DNA of 64,000 nt from Octopus bimaculoides (taxonomy: Eukaryota). This document shows, piece after piece, positions 26,003 to 39,320 of this stretch. The position numbers and the translations under genes are program-made. The stretch covers positions 95,424,435 through 95,488,434 of the forward strand of contig NC_068986.1 in the NCBI RefSeq assembly GCF_001194135.2, written 5' to 3'. Every line of letters starts with the position of its first letter. Position 1 is the first letter of the stretch. The notes beneath the pieces were generated by a model. That model ran no database searches and was not told the DNA's origin. It saw only the letters and a list, made by a program, of their open reading frames with translations.

Positions 26003-28112
26003 CTAGCAGAGACACCCGGCGTTGCTCGGGAAATAAATTGTTCCTTATATATTGGAAGAAAAAAGCAAAATATGTTGTATAGAAATTTGTTATTCTAAAT
26101 TCAATTTATTCTTCAATTGGGAAATCAATTCTGAATTCATAATACAAATAATAATAATAAATAAATAAATAAATAAATAAATAAAAATACAAAATTTACC
26201 ACTTTTATAAAGGGGGATAAATTCTATCTCATATTTTGAAGGAAATTACGTAAGAGCTTCTGGGTAAACAACTCTTTGTTGCTGGTTTGTAAAAATAATT
26301 CTTTGTTTTCTGGTTTGGAGCATAGACAAATAAGTCTTGCAAGCCACCAACCCTGGAGCAACCAACATAAAGTTGACCATGAGAAAAGCAAGGCTCAATT
26401 AAGTGAGAGCTAGTGGATTTCGAAGTTTGACCTTGAGCTTTATTGATAGACATTGCGAAGCAAAATCGCACGGGGAATTGTGTTCGTTTGAACTCAAATG
26501 GCATGTCTGAATTATAATTTATCTGAATTATAATTATTACTTAAGTCTGGCAATACCCTGTTCTTCAATTCAGCTGGGAATTCACCATGATAGCACCATG
26601 AGCCAAATTGATATGGTGATAACCATTCCCATCAAATGGTACTTTCCCATTTCCTAATTGGATGAGTCAGGTTGAAAACTGTTCTGCACATTGGTCCCCA
26701 TATAATAAAGCTCGCACGTTAGTATTGAAGGAGAATCTCTGTACTTTATTCCATAGGTTTGACGACTTAATGCATGCTTTTAATTCATCAGATTTTGATC
26801 ATCATGGAATGACTGGTAATCTCTGTCTGAAGTCTCCTGACAAAACTAATGTAACCCCTCCCATAGATTTATTGTTGCCTCTTATGTCCTGTAAGGTCTT
26901 ATCAAAAGCTTCCATTGCACCTGCAGTGACATCGTGTATTCATCGCAAATGATCAGGTGGCATAGGCGCAACACTTCGGCTGAACCTGAACCTTTGCTTA
27001 TGTTACAAATTGGACTGTTATTTGTGACCAGGTTCAGCGGTAATTTAAAAAAGCAGAATGAGCTGTTTGTCCTCCTGTGAGAATGGTAGCAGCAATGCCA
27101 GACGATGCTACAGCACCTGCAATTCTTTTTTGTTGCCTTACCTTGGAGAGAAGTAATGTTGTTACAAATGTTTTACCTGTGTTACCAGGAGTATCAAGAA
27201 AGAAAATTCCTCCGCTTTTTTCTCTGACTGTCGAAATAATTTTATCATATGCACAGCGTTGTTCTGGAAGATGTTAAGGTTAATGTTCATTAACAAACGC
27301 AGCCAAGTTTGTGATGTCATAATTTGTCTCTCTTACTATGTTTAATAGTTTGTTTTTGGCAGTCCAGAGCCAGAGTCTTGCAAATTTTTGCCTCCCATGG
27401 CCAAATCTTGATCCTCAGTTTCAATCAGTGCTTCATTAAAAATTGCTTCAGAGGGCTGAATATTGATATCTAGGTTGGCCTGTTGAATTGCATACTTTAA
27501 GGCCTCAGCCATGTCTTCACGATGTTTCATCCAAAGCTGTAAGGGACTGCCTAGTTGACACATGTTCACTATAATTACAAAAAGGTTACGGGGTTTCCTT
27601 GGAGAAGCTGGTACTGATGCTTCAGTCAATGCAAGGTCCCTATGCTCATTATTTTCTAAAGAAACTTAGCATGCTTCCTAATAAGTTTCACACACAAGAC
27701 CATTTACCTTCCTCGAATCTTAGAATGATTTGGGACCACGTACTTCATGCAAAAGGAGCCGTAAGTAGTAGCATTCTGCTTGGCTTGGGGGAGGGGGCAC
27801 TGTAAACTCTTGCAAGGATGTCAGCCCCACGTTTCCTCTTGTGCCATTTATTGTTTGTCCTGGTGTAATACTTGGGTAATTGTGGGCAAAGGAGTTTTCT
27901 TTCATCATCTATTTGACACAACTTAAAAAAGGCAGTAAGGGTAGTTTCTTTTGGAGAAAGTGCTTATTGTAAGGCTTGTTTGTTTTGTAAAGATAACTCT
28001 GAGACCATTCTCAGACACTCAGATGAATGATGGCTGAGTTCCTCTCATGAATGGGAAAATTGAAGATGCACCAAAAAGCCTCATTGACACTGATGTATCT
28101 TCTTATTTCTTA
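26003..28112 (-). mobile_element. 5'-truncated Helitron (Rep/helicase pseudogene) with intact 3' end
   Basis: RRYISVNEAFWCIFNFPIHER; YYLRLLLHEVRGPKSF; Walker A DTPGNTGKTF; ASSGIAAT; FKRTQFPVRFCFAMSINKAQGQT; FSHGQLYVGCSRV. 3' hairpin CCCG-AGCAACGC-CGGG (26015-26030) and CTAG|T terminus (26003-26006). Confidence 0.95.
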
Positions 28113-28114
28113 TT

Positions 28115-28262
28115 TCTTATTTCTTTACTGCCCACAAGGGGCTACACACAGAGGGGAAAAACAAGGACATACAAACGGATTAAGTCTATTATATGGAACC
28201 CAGTATATAACTGGTACTTATTTAATCGACCCCGAAAGGATGAAAGGCAAAGTCGACCTTGG
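28115..28262 (-). mobile_element. SINE family A, 3' part, running into a gap
   Basis: CTGGTACTTATTTAATCGACCCCGAAAGGATGAAAGGCAAAGTCGACC. Confidence 0.8.
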
Positions 28263-28865
28263 NNNNNNNNNNNNNNNNNNNNNNNNNNNNNNNNNNNNNN
28301 NNNNNNNNNNNNNNNNNNNNNNNNNNNNNNNNNNNNNNNNNNNNNNNNNNNNNNNNNNNNNNNNNNNNNNNNNNNNNNNNNNNNNNNNNNNNNNNNNNNN
28401 NNNNNNNNNNNNNNNNNNNNNNNNNNNNNNNNNNNNNNNNNNNNNNNNNNNNNNNNNNNNNNNNNNNNNNNNNNNNNNNNNNNNNNNNNNNNNNNNNNNN
28501 NNNNNNNNNNNNNNNNNNNNNNNNNNNNNNNNNNNNNNNNNNNNNNNNNNNNNNNNNNNNNNNNNNNNNNNNNNNNNNNNNNNNNNNNNNNNNNNNNNNN
28601 NNNNNNNNNNNNNNNNNNNNNNNNNNNNNNNNNNNNNNNNNNNNNNNNNNNNNNNNNNNNNNNNNNNNNNNNNNNNNNNNNNNNNNNNNNTCTGCCCCGT
28701 CTCCTCTTGTTAAGAGTGAGAACATTGTTCTCGGAAACTTTTTCGAAAATTAAAATAGGATTAAATGAAAAAAATGTATTACGTGAATATCTTCACAAGA
28801 GTGGTTGAAATAAATGGCGATTGTGGAACACCCCACGCACTCACGCACACACCCATCTACACACG

Positions 28866-28905
<40 letters not shown>

Positions 28906-28946
28906 AGCACATATACATACAGTATCAAACATCAGATGAAATGGAC

Positions 28947-29195
28947 GTGTGTGTGTGAGAGAGAGGGGGAGAGAGGGCGAGAGAAGGGATGTGTTGTCAT
29001 GTATACGTATATACATAAATAAATATGCAAATATTTTTGGTATGCATGTGTCCGTGTGTGTGAGAGAGAGAGAGCCACTTAGACATCACTCTCTCTCTCT
29101 CTCACATACACACACACACACACATGCATACAAAAAAGATGTATGCATATGTATTTATGTTTGTACGTATTTATGACAACAAACCCTTTGACTGA

Positions 29196-29232
<37 letters not shown>
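28947..29232. repeat. Imperfect inverted repeat with 14-nt loop
   Basis: 28985-29074 pairs with 29089-29187 (AGGGATGTGTTGTCAT...TATGCATG vs CATGCATA...ATGACAACAAACCCT), extended by GA/TC and GT/AC tracts. Confidence 0.8.
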
Positions 29233-29237
<5 letters not shown>

Positions 29238-29849
29238 CACACACGTACATAAATGTATACAAACGTGCATACAAAAACATGTGTGCGTGTGTGACTAATT
29301 TGTGTGTATGTGAGAGAGAGAGGGGAGGGAGAGAGAACATTGCAAACAATGAATGAAATAAGCAAGAAATAAAAAAAACATCGTATGAATAAAATCTCGT
29401 TAAAAACTACATTGTACCGAATATTTAGATTTGTGAACTTAGATATTTCTTTCAGAAATTTATCGTAGTTGTTTGCAAATAACGAACTAAAACTGGAAAT
29501 GAAAACATTAAAATAGAGAATGAGGGCTTTTGCAAATGAAAACGAAAAATTTTGCCGTCAATACCGGAAGTTGACAGTGAAAAACCTTTTTAAAGAAGTG
29601 AATCATACATATAAAGCAATATTACTTATTTTCAATAAAAAAATAAACTAAAGACCACATTATGTATCCGAGATTAAATTATTTATGCATCCCAAGTATG
29701 GAAGCAATTCGCGCAGCGAATACACACATACACAAGTCTATTTTATATAAGAGAGATAGATATAAGAGAGATAGATATAAGAGAGATAGATATAAGATAG
29801 ATATCAAGCTATCTATCTGCATTATATATACATACATATATACATATAT

Positions 29850-30014
29850 AAATGTAAGGACAAGCAAGTTAGGCAAGTCGATATAAACAAATATTAAATA
29901 CATTTAATACAAAATATATATATATGTATAAAATGTACTTAATATTTTTTTGTATCACATGCATTTAATATTTTTTTGTATATCGGCTTACCTAACTTGT
30001 TTGTCCTTACATTT
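29850..30014. repeat. Imperfect fold-back hairpin
   Basis: AAATGTAAGGACAAGCAAGTTAGGCAAGTCGATATA pairs with TATATCGGCTTACCTAACTTGTTTGTCCTTACATTT; AT-rich interior. Confidence 0.9.
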
Positions 30015-31949
30015 ACTCCTCTACCTGCTCAAGCTCAAATCTCATAAATATGTGTATATGTGTGTGTAAGTATATATGTATGTATAAATGTATGTATATA
30101 TGTATGTGCATATATATATATGTGTGTCTGTGTGTGTATGTGTATATTTTTTTTTTTTTTTTTTTTTTTTCTATAACTAACGAGTGTTTCGTAAACTTTT
30201 AATGGTGATTTAGATTTTCGCCTCTCCCAATGGTCCAAGGGCAGGAATCGAACTGCCAATATTTCTATTTATTGCCTGATACACATCGCATTGACTTCGC
30301 ATCATAAATTCTTACATTTGAAAAAAAATTCTGAAATAAATATATTAGCAAATCATTAAATAAACAACGAGCATTTTATGATCATGTTTACTTTTGTGCA
30401 TGTTACCTATTGACTGTGAGCAATAGTGAGCTAGCGAGAGATAAGAGAATGTTATGAATGCAGCATAGCTCCGAGCGTCGGTAGTGGTATTCAAAACCTT
30501 GATCATTGGGCTAACAATTTGACGAACCGTTGACTTTCTTGTTCGTCTATCAGCAACTCCTGTAAAATGTGCCAATAAGAAGGCTCTGTGTGGTTACGCC
30601 TCCTACTAGAAATAGCAGCGGAATCTCCTCGAAATGACATGCACACACTACTGTCTTTAAAAAGTTTTATATCCGGGTGTTGGATATATGATTTAACGAA
30701 GCAAGGGAGAAAGAATTTACATGACGCAATACGATTACTATTACACGAGACTCAACGTTCTGAATGAACGGCTCACAGTGAACTGCTTGCCTCAATTGCT
30801 GACAATTCTTTATATTATAACAATGTTTCAGTCCATTTTAAGTCACATGGGTGTGGTCGCAATACTTCTACACCAAAAAGGAAGGATACATCGGATAATG
30901 GAATCCTGGATATACTATATATGGCAAACAAGGGCAGTATAGTCTTGGCAGAGACGCCTTTGGTCATAGGTTTGTCCGACTGAGACTGACATGTGATCAA
31001 ACAACAACAACAACAATAGCAACAGCAACAGCAGCAGTAGTAGTGGCAGCAACTCCTCACTGCATACCCTAATTTAATTTTTAATCAATTTGGATTTTGG
31101 AAATGTCTATTAATGATAACTCTGAGCAAATATAACGAGAAATCGATGGCCAAAGTGGTGTTAGATATCATAACGAATGTCAGTTGCTGCAAATAGTTGT
31201 ATATGTTAACATGAACCTTACCAACCAACCAGGCTATGCTGATGCTAGATGTGTAATGATACCTACATTACTAATATCACCGTTAGACAGTCGTTGATAC
31301 AAACAGAGAGCGACAAACATCGTACGCATATCTAACAGTACTGAAAAACTTTCCTTGTAGTGCCTACTAATCGCAATGTTCTCTTTAATTTTCTGACACC
31401 CACAATGAAATGTTTACTCTTGAGAATGGGGAGTGAGATACTCCGAGTAGCGAGTCACAGTGGTTAAGTAGCTCCTAAAGCTAAATGGATCTGATTTGAT
31501 CAAAATTTGTGTAGGATCACTGTGATCATATCGTCGTTTCCTTTGTTTTGCTTTTTGTTTTGTTTTTACATAAACTATTACGATAGAAGACAGTATAGTT
31601 TTGTTCTCTCGAAGAGGGCATTATATGGAATGTAACGGAAACGGTTTGATTCTGAATAACAATACTTCAAGAGCGTTGCCGGAATGGAAACTTTTAACTA
31701 GTGACAGAATGCTTTTAGTGAAACTAAGCAATTCAAAATCAGTGTAATTGTTTCTTGTGTACCAATAAATAATGGCTTTTTATTTAAGTAGAAAAATTAG
31801 CAAATCGATGCTATCGGCGCCCGTATCTGACCAATACTTTATTTTATCGACCCCGGAGAGATGAAAGGCAAAGGATTCAGAAAATTCAGAAAAAATTCAC
31901 AGAGCGTTTATTTTAATGATTCTGCCAATCCACCTCCTTTGTGCACTTT

Positions 31950-34770
31950 TAAATAATGCAACCAAAGAATTGCTGCAATGTTGCAAGACGTAATTAATAG
32001 TACAGCAGCAAGAGAGATAAAAAAAATTGTGCGAAAGCTAGAAGAAGCAACGGTGTTATGGATCAGAAGAACGGGTATACATAAGCTTAGATATGTTAAC
32101 GAAAATGGTATGCTTTTAATCACCTTTTGTACAGCAAGCAATGTCTTTATTAAAGGAAATACTTTCTTTAAACACAAAAATATTCATAAATGCAATTGAG
32201 CATTTCCTGGTAAAAAAGAAAATACTGGAACAGAATAGATGATATCTCGATAAATCGGTAAATAAAAAATTGCTACAACTACATGTTAGAGCACATCAAG
32301 GTACTGAGATTTGAAGTGACCTTTAGTCAGTAATAGAGATAATTCAGTAAAAGAAGGAAGCGATAACCAGGTTTGAGAGGGAAAAGTTGAAGCATGATAG
32401 AATGATGGATTAAAAGATGAATTTAAAATTGAATGTCATAATCGATTTGTAATGTTTGAAGTTTTAGATGAAGTAGACATCAATAGCGAGTGAAAGAATG
32501 TAATGGATGTATACTGGAAAGTAGCCAATGGTGCTCTGGACAGAAAATTTTTTAAAAAAAAGGAAATGGATTGCTTGAGAAATATGGGAGTTATTAAGTC
32601 ATGAAAGGAAGAAAATCGAATTGTTGCAAGATGAAGAAGGAATTTGATGGCCTTAAAGTTGAATAAGCAAAATATTGGAGTCTTAACAGAGAGATGAACG
32701 GTGTTCAAGAGATAACAAAAATGATACTTGGAAGTGAAAGCTGATCAAGCAGATGAATTTATTAATGCAGTAGACAGAAGAAAAATCAAAAAACCTTGTA
32801 AAATAAGAAACGAAACTACAGGTATATATATATATATATATATATATATNNNNNNNNNNNNNNNNNNNNNNNNNNNNNNNNNNNNNNNNNNNNNNNNNNN
32901 NNNNNNNNNNNNNNNNNNNNNNNNNNNNNNNNNNNNNNNNNNNNNNNNNNNNNNNNNNNNNNNNNNNNNNNNNNNNNNNNNNNNNNNNNNNNNNNNNNNN
33001 NNNNNNNNNNNNNNNNNNNNNNNNNNNNNNNNNNNNNNNNNNNNNATATATATATCAAAATGACTATGTGTGCTTAGTATTGATGATATAACATTTGATA
33101 TAGGTTATAAACATCCAAGAAAGAACGTAAAGAATATTTAAATGTCGTCGTGAACAATGTTTAACGAGAGAAATATTCTGATAATTCCTGAACTGCAGCA
33201 TCTGCAATTAGTTGAACATGAAATAAATGTTGAAGAAATAACAAGTCAGTGAGCAATTAAAGATCTTTTGGATTGGCTGGGTGTAAGAGGGACATTATAA
33301 GCGGAGAAGCACGTGACTAAAAGAGTATTTTGTAATATATGGAATATTAGGCAGATACCTGAAGATTAAAAGCTCGCGATTGTGTCTCTGATATCATAAC
33401 AGGCCAGTCAGAGAGTGTGACTATTGGAGGAGTATAATAACTGTAAGCAGTACAGTATTGACGGCGCTCAGAGTTTGGTTTTCTTGAAAAGAGTAAACGT
33501 TACTTTGGACAGTCTACAAAGGGAAGAACAAGCAGGCTTCCAGCGATCGCCAATTTATATTTTGCTCAAGGTTATTGTTGAACAATATCGCATCAGACAG
33601 CCTTTAGTAATGGCTTTTGCAGAGTGGAAAAGGGTTTTGATTGTGTATATAGTATTTAAATTTGGAAGGTATTGATTTACTGTGATTTGCCAAAAAAGTA
33701 TTCCGATTTCATGTAACACAACGTGGAAGTAAATGCGGCAGAAGCGGACGGAACCTACTCTCAAAGGAATTTGTGATGAATGCAGTGCTGCAGAGAGGCA
33801 ATAGAATAGCTCCTTGCAGTATTCGTAAAGGAGTCGATCGATAATGGAATAGAAGCAATTTAATGGATTTTTGTAAAGTATTTGACGGATTTGGATTTTG
33901 CTGATAATATTGTTTGGTTTAGTAACGAAACATCAAAATTACGAAGATTGACAGACAAGGCTGATGAAAGATACAAACGTCCAGGTAAAGAAAAACATCA
34001 ATAAACTTAAAATTATGGAGGCCGAGCAATTTCTTAAACAGCTACATCAAGCGTTGAAATTATTTCAAATGTATAGGAATCTCATAGCTAGGCGATTCAT
34101 GTGGAAATTAAACTGAACTCGTCACTCGTAAGATGTGCTGGATATATGGAAAATAGTGACGTCATAACAATGAAATTGGAGATATTCATGTAAGAATCTT
34201 TGGAAACAAAGTTTTACGAGGAATCTTAGAAATCAAATGGCATGATTTTGTGAGAGCCATTTTGGTTCGAGACATTCCATAGATGAAGAAATAATAGTTT
34301 CTAATATAGGTACAAGACCAACCGTTCTGAGAGAGAGGGGAAAGTCGAGGCATAAACGATCCCAGTACTTGACTGATACTTTATTTTATCGATCCCGAAA
34401 GAAAGAAAGACTAAGTTGACCTCGGCAAGATTTGAAATCGGAACCTAAAGAGCCAGAACAAGTATCGCATATTTTCTCCGACGCTCTAACGATTCTGCCA
34501 ATCCACTGCCTTCATATAGATGAAGAAATAGGGAAGTGTAGAGAGCAATGTTTGAGCCATGTGTTCTGCTCCTAGCCTGAAGGCCGGCTTAAGTGACAAG
34601 CAGTAACATTAATAGTCCAAGGTGTTAGTAGAAAAGACAGAGCAAGGTTCATTTGGCGGAGAACAGCGTAAACAGAAAACGGATGTCACTAATGGGTTGG
34701 GACTGAAATAAAGCTAGAAAATAGCCAAAAATGGTAATAAAAAGGTGGAGATCCTTTGCAGAGAATGGTG
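31950..34770 (+). pseudogene. Heavily decayed RTE-clade LINE ORF (APE plus RT)
   Basis: NENGMLLITFCTASNVFIKGNTFFKHKNIHK (APE); LQREEQAGF and DLDFADNIV (RT); many stops and frameshifts; interrupted by a gap and a SINE. Confidence 0.8.
34294..34515 (-). mobile_element. SINE family A variant inserted in the RTE
   Basis: 15-bp TSD ATAGATGAAGAAATA (34279-34293 and 34516-34530). Confidence 0.85.
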
Positions 34771-35100
34771 CTGAAGGCAGTTTCAGCAATACACCAGCCG
34801 ACCTAGCAATAGCAAATACTTTCTTTTGCTTACTTACATCTCACTTCAGTGTGATTCCACCAATTTCATATGCATATGTTGTGTGCGCGTGTGTATTTAT
34901 GCATGTGTGTATTTATGTATATATATAAGAAGAAGATTATGTGGGGTTTAGTTCACTGATGATCTAAAGTTCACAGCTGAGGCTGAAGCTAGGGATCCGT
35001 ATTAGGCTTCCGAGTTAGCAGGTATATATTATATCAGAGGGAAAAGGATGATAAAAGGGTTTGGTTGTCTTTTTTCCTCTAATATAATTACATATATGTG

Positions 35101-35143
<43 letters not shown>

Positions 35144-35213
35144 ATATATATGTCTATATATATGTATATGCATATATATGTTATATGTGTATATGTGTAT
35201 ATATATATAAATA

Positions 35214-35255
<42 letters not shown>

Positions 35256-35475
35256 TTCATATATATATACACACACACTCACATATATACATGCATACAT
35301 ACATAAATGCATTCATATACAAATATATGCATGCACATTATATACATATGTACATATTTGTGTGTGTGTGTGTATGTGTGTGTGTGTGTGTGCGTGTGTG
35401 TATGTGTGTGTGTGTATTACTGTATTGAACGTCTGTTTTGACTTCACTTGGTTACGTATATCTGAGTGTATGTTT

Positions 35476-35536
<61 letters not shown>

Positions 35537-35656
35537 CTGCTTATGGTGCAGAATCATTAGCTATGTCGGAAAACGATATCATTAGGCAGGAGGTTGGCTA
35601 CCATTAGCAATCTTAGACGTGCACATTCATACACTATATACACAGACACACACACG

Positions 35657-35707
<51 letters not shown>

Positions 35708-35822
35708 GGTATCGTTTCGATTATCTATTGATATCCATTACTCTTCCTTCATATACACGACCACCATAAGCAATACCAAACGCTCTCCGTCATCACCAGG
35801 CACACTCCACCGCTGCGGTGTT

Positions 35823-36368
35823 CCAATTAAAAGCGTATGCTCTGGATATCAATCCAATTGCGCATGCGCATTTCGCCAGTGTAAAATATAAGCGGCTGAT
35901 TTACTCGGTGTCCCGAAGAATAGTGGTGTTTCGAAGGGGGAGGAAGCAAACTTGCAGCGAATGTGTGGATCGATCTTTTGATGCCAATCAATCATGCTAC
36001 AAAATAAAAACTCCCCTTATCACACGCGCGCGCACACACATACACACACACATACACACATACGCATGCTCACACATGCAGACACACGCCAACACTGACA
36101 CAACCAAACACAACCACCAACACCAACAGCAACACCAACGCTAACACCACCAAAACATTTCGCCAACGCGAAATCATGTTTTTTGTATTTTTTAGATGAG
36201 TTTTTTTTTTGTTTTTTGTTTTTTGCTCTTTTTTTTTTTTTTTCGAGCGGCGTGGTTCTGTATCTTTCGATTTCTTAGTTTTCTTCCTTGAACGAATTGT
36301 TTAAATTAACGACGGTGCTGTGGCTGAATATTGAGTGGTTCTTGTAGTTTTGCGGCAACAGTGTAAGT
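35823..36368 (+). promoter_or_regulatory. Candidate promoter and first non-coding exon
   Basis: NRF1-type palindrome TGCGCATGCGCA (35859-35870), GCCAATCA (35983-35990), CpG-richer non-repeat sequence, and possible donor GTAAGT at 36363-36368. Motif-level evidence only. Confidence 0.3.
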
Positions 36369-36489
36369 CTGTAACAGTATTCTAGATGTAATATGGATTA
36401 TATACGATAGATTACATACATAATTGAGCCACAGGATAAATAATAGTGTCGTTGTGGCTCACATCTTGACTGCAATTGTGCTATATCTA

Positions 36490-37048
36490 CAGTATTGTTT
36501 CTTAACCGGGGTCCTTATAAGATGGGGAGGGGTTCCATACAAGCAAAATAGTAACGTGTGGTCCATAGAATATTTTAAAGGTTCAGCAAAAGGTTTGAAT
36601 TAGATGTATTGGGTTGTCTGGAAAGTTCGTGCCGATTTATAGTAGCTTATCTTTCGACTTATTTGCCATGAAACCACCTCAATTCTGGGAAGAGGGTATT
36701 TTCAAGTTAAAGGAAAGATGGAGATGCATTGTGCAACAAAATGGTTCATATTTGGTTGATTAAAAATGTAATGGCGAGTATTTATTGACCTTTTTCTTTC
36801 CTTTAAAAATCGGCACAAACTTTCCGGACAACCTAATATTTATTACGAGAAACAGCTTGGTTTCTTTCTCTGACATTTTACATAGTACAGCCTACACGGG
36901 TGAATATATGAAAAAACAAAATAGGAATTTTGGAAGACGTATCTATGAAAGTAGTTTTTAAACATCGAACGGTTTTGGGGATCCACCAGAATAAAAGAGT
37001 AATCAAAGGGGTCCCAAAGATAAAAAGAAAAATTGTGGAGAAATATTG
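36490..37048. mobile_element. hAT-like MITE hosting a nested mariner MITE
   Basis: CAGTATTGTTTCTTAACCGGGGTCC ... GGGGTCCC...GGAGAAATATTG; termini degenerate and no clean TSD. Confidence 0.45.
36607..36838 (+). mobile_element. Mariner deletion derivative (MITE)
   Basis: TA-flanked TIRs TTGGGTTGTCTGGAAAGTTCGTGCCGATTT / AAATCGGCACAAACTTTCCGGACAACCTAA; retains transposase C-terminus FWEEGIFKLKERWRCIVQQNGSYLVD*. Confidence 0.9.
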
Positions 37049-37062
37049 ATCTATCATGTACA

Positions 37063-37392
37063 CAGTAACAGTGTTATGGTTACAGTGTAGAGAATAACCG
37101 TGTTATGACTACAGTGTAGAGCGTAAGTGTTGTGGCTACAGTATAGGGTAACAGTGATGTAAGTACAATATAGAGTAACTGTATTATGGCTACAGTGCAG
37201 AGCATAAGTGTTGTGACTACAGTGTCGACGGTAAGTGTTATGGCTACAGTGTGGAGTAACAGTGTTATGGCAACAATGTAGAACGCAACAGTGTTTGGCT
37301 ATAATATAGTGATTAACACTGTTGAGGCTAGAGTATAGAGTAAACAATGTTGTGGCTACAGTGTAGTCAGCGTTGACTACACTGTAGCCACA
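37063..37392. repeat. Degenerate ~27-bp minisatellite ending in a perfect 19-bp snap-back
   Basis: Units resembling GTAACAGTGTTATGGCTACAGTGTAGA; TGTGGCTACAGTGTAGTCA-GCGT-TGACTACACTGTAGCCACA at 37351-37392. Confidence 0.8.
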
Positions 37393-37787
37393 GTGAACTC
37401 TGACAACTGTGTTGTTTATAATATATACAGTGTTTTGTGTACAGTTTAGACAATAACACTGATACACTGCAGTGTTGTTTATAACAATGCTGCAGCCACC
37501 TTATAGACAGTATACAGTATGCTGATAACTGTTACGATGTAGCCACAGATTTATATGTCTTGATCAAGGATTGTATGGATATAATTTAAATGGTTTTTGA
37601 TTATAGGTTTGTTCGTTCAAAGCTGGCCCAGGGTTAAACAGCCACGATTCCATCATATCGTGACATTAATGAAGAGGAAATACGTAATCTTGTTTCTTGT
37701 TATTTTATAGATATATTTTATATCGTTCGTTGTTACTTTGTTGTTACGTATTTATGTTTGTCTATGTTTATGTTCCTGTGCTTCTGG

Positions 37788-37823
<36 letters not shown>

Positions 37824-37952
37824 GAGAGAGAGAGAGTGAGTGAGTGTGTGTATATGTGTATTTGCGATGGTGTGTATGTATGCGTGTGCACCTGTATGTA
37901 TCCTTGTGATCTTGATTCTGGGTGTAAAGATGGTTGTCTATGTTTGTGTATA

Positions 37953-37990
<38 letters not shown>

Positions 37991-38712
37991 TGTGTCTGTG
38001 TGTGTGTCTGTGTGTGTGTCTGTCTGTGTGCGCGCGCGTGTGTACGTGTGTAGAAATACTTGTGTGAATTTTGTACGAGTGCATCCCTGTATATGCGTGT
38101 ATGTATTTGTGTCTGAGAAAGAGAGAGAGAGAGACAGAGACAGAGAGAGACAGAGACAGAGACACAGAGAGAGAGACAGAGACAGAGAGAGAGACAGACA
38201 GACAGACAGAGAAAGCGTGTATGTATGACTCTACTTAATTGAGATCACTCGAGGGAGATTCATATCGGACATCGGAAAAACACAGACATAAAATAGTGAA
38301 GATCAATGACGATATAGATGGTGGTTATCGATGATGGTGACAAATACAGAAGATGATAAGATTGTCGATTGTGATGACGATGCTGACAGCGAAGACGATA
38401 ACGATGTTGGTGATGATAGCAATGCAGATAGTGATGGCGGAATCACGCTGTTGCTTCATTTAGACGCAAAATGTTAATTTAAACTATAACTGACATTAGA
38501 TATTTCGAGGTGTGCTTACCAGACAAGTGATTTGATATGATGCCATGTGTTGAAACCAAAATGATTACAGCGATGAAGAGATACATATTAGCCATTCAAA
38601 AGCATTTAAAAAACTGATAACTTTACATCTATTATTTGGTGTCAAAATTTTTTGTCAGTCACCAGACACGAGTCCACAGCGGTGGCTAATATGTCTCCTA
38701 CGTTGTGATATG

Positions 38713-38937
38713 TACGAGGAGGCGTTGAAAAGTTCCTGGTTTTAGATAAAGGAAAATACAGGAGGATCAGTTAATTATGATTTTTATTTAACATATCCCC
38801 TTCCCCTCAGATTCACACACTTATTGCAGCGGTCCTTCAGTTTTTCTAAGCCCTGTAAAAGAACTCGGAATGTTCGGCCTCCAACCAGGCCTTTCGCGAC
38901 ACCCTCAAAGCCAGGAACTTTTCAGCATCTTTTCGTA
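38713..38937. mobile_element. Mariner-type MITE
   Basis: TACGAGGAGGCGTTGAAAAGTTCCTGG / CCAGGAACTTTTCAGCATCTTTTCGTA; second copy at 59587-59807. Confidence 0.85.
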
Positions 38938-39209
38938 ATTCACTATAATGATAACCAGGTTATTAACGAAAAGAACTTTGAGTTATCCGACAATAACTAC
39001 CACCAAAGTACACCAGGGAATACGATTAACTATATGACTTGATATGGCCAATGGAAAATAACGTCTCCTTGCAATAGCTTCCCGGTACGGCGCACACTGC
39101 CGTTTGTTTTGCAGTCACCCGAGAGATCCAGAGATCGCATCGATCAAGAAGCTCTGAGTAGCGATAGCCTCAATCACCTGCTTTGAACATCCTGTAAAGC
39201 AAATACGTG

Positions 39210-39268
<59 letters not shown>

Positions 39269-39320
39269 NNNNNNNNNNNNNNNNNNNNNNNNNNNNNATA
39301 TATATATATATATATATATA

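Noticed and set aside
30231-30270. tRNA T-arm-like GTTCGATTCC on the minus strand
   Set aside because: No cloverleaf; at most a SINE relic.
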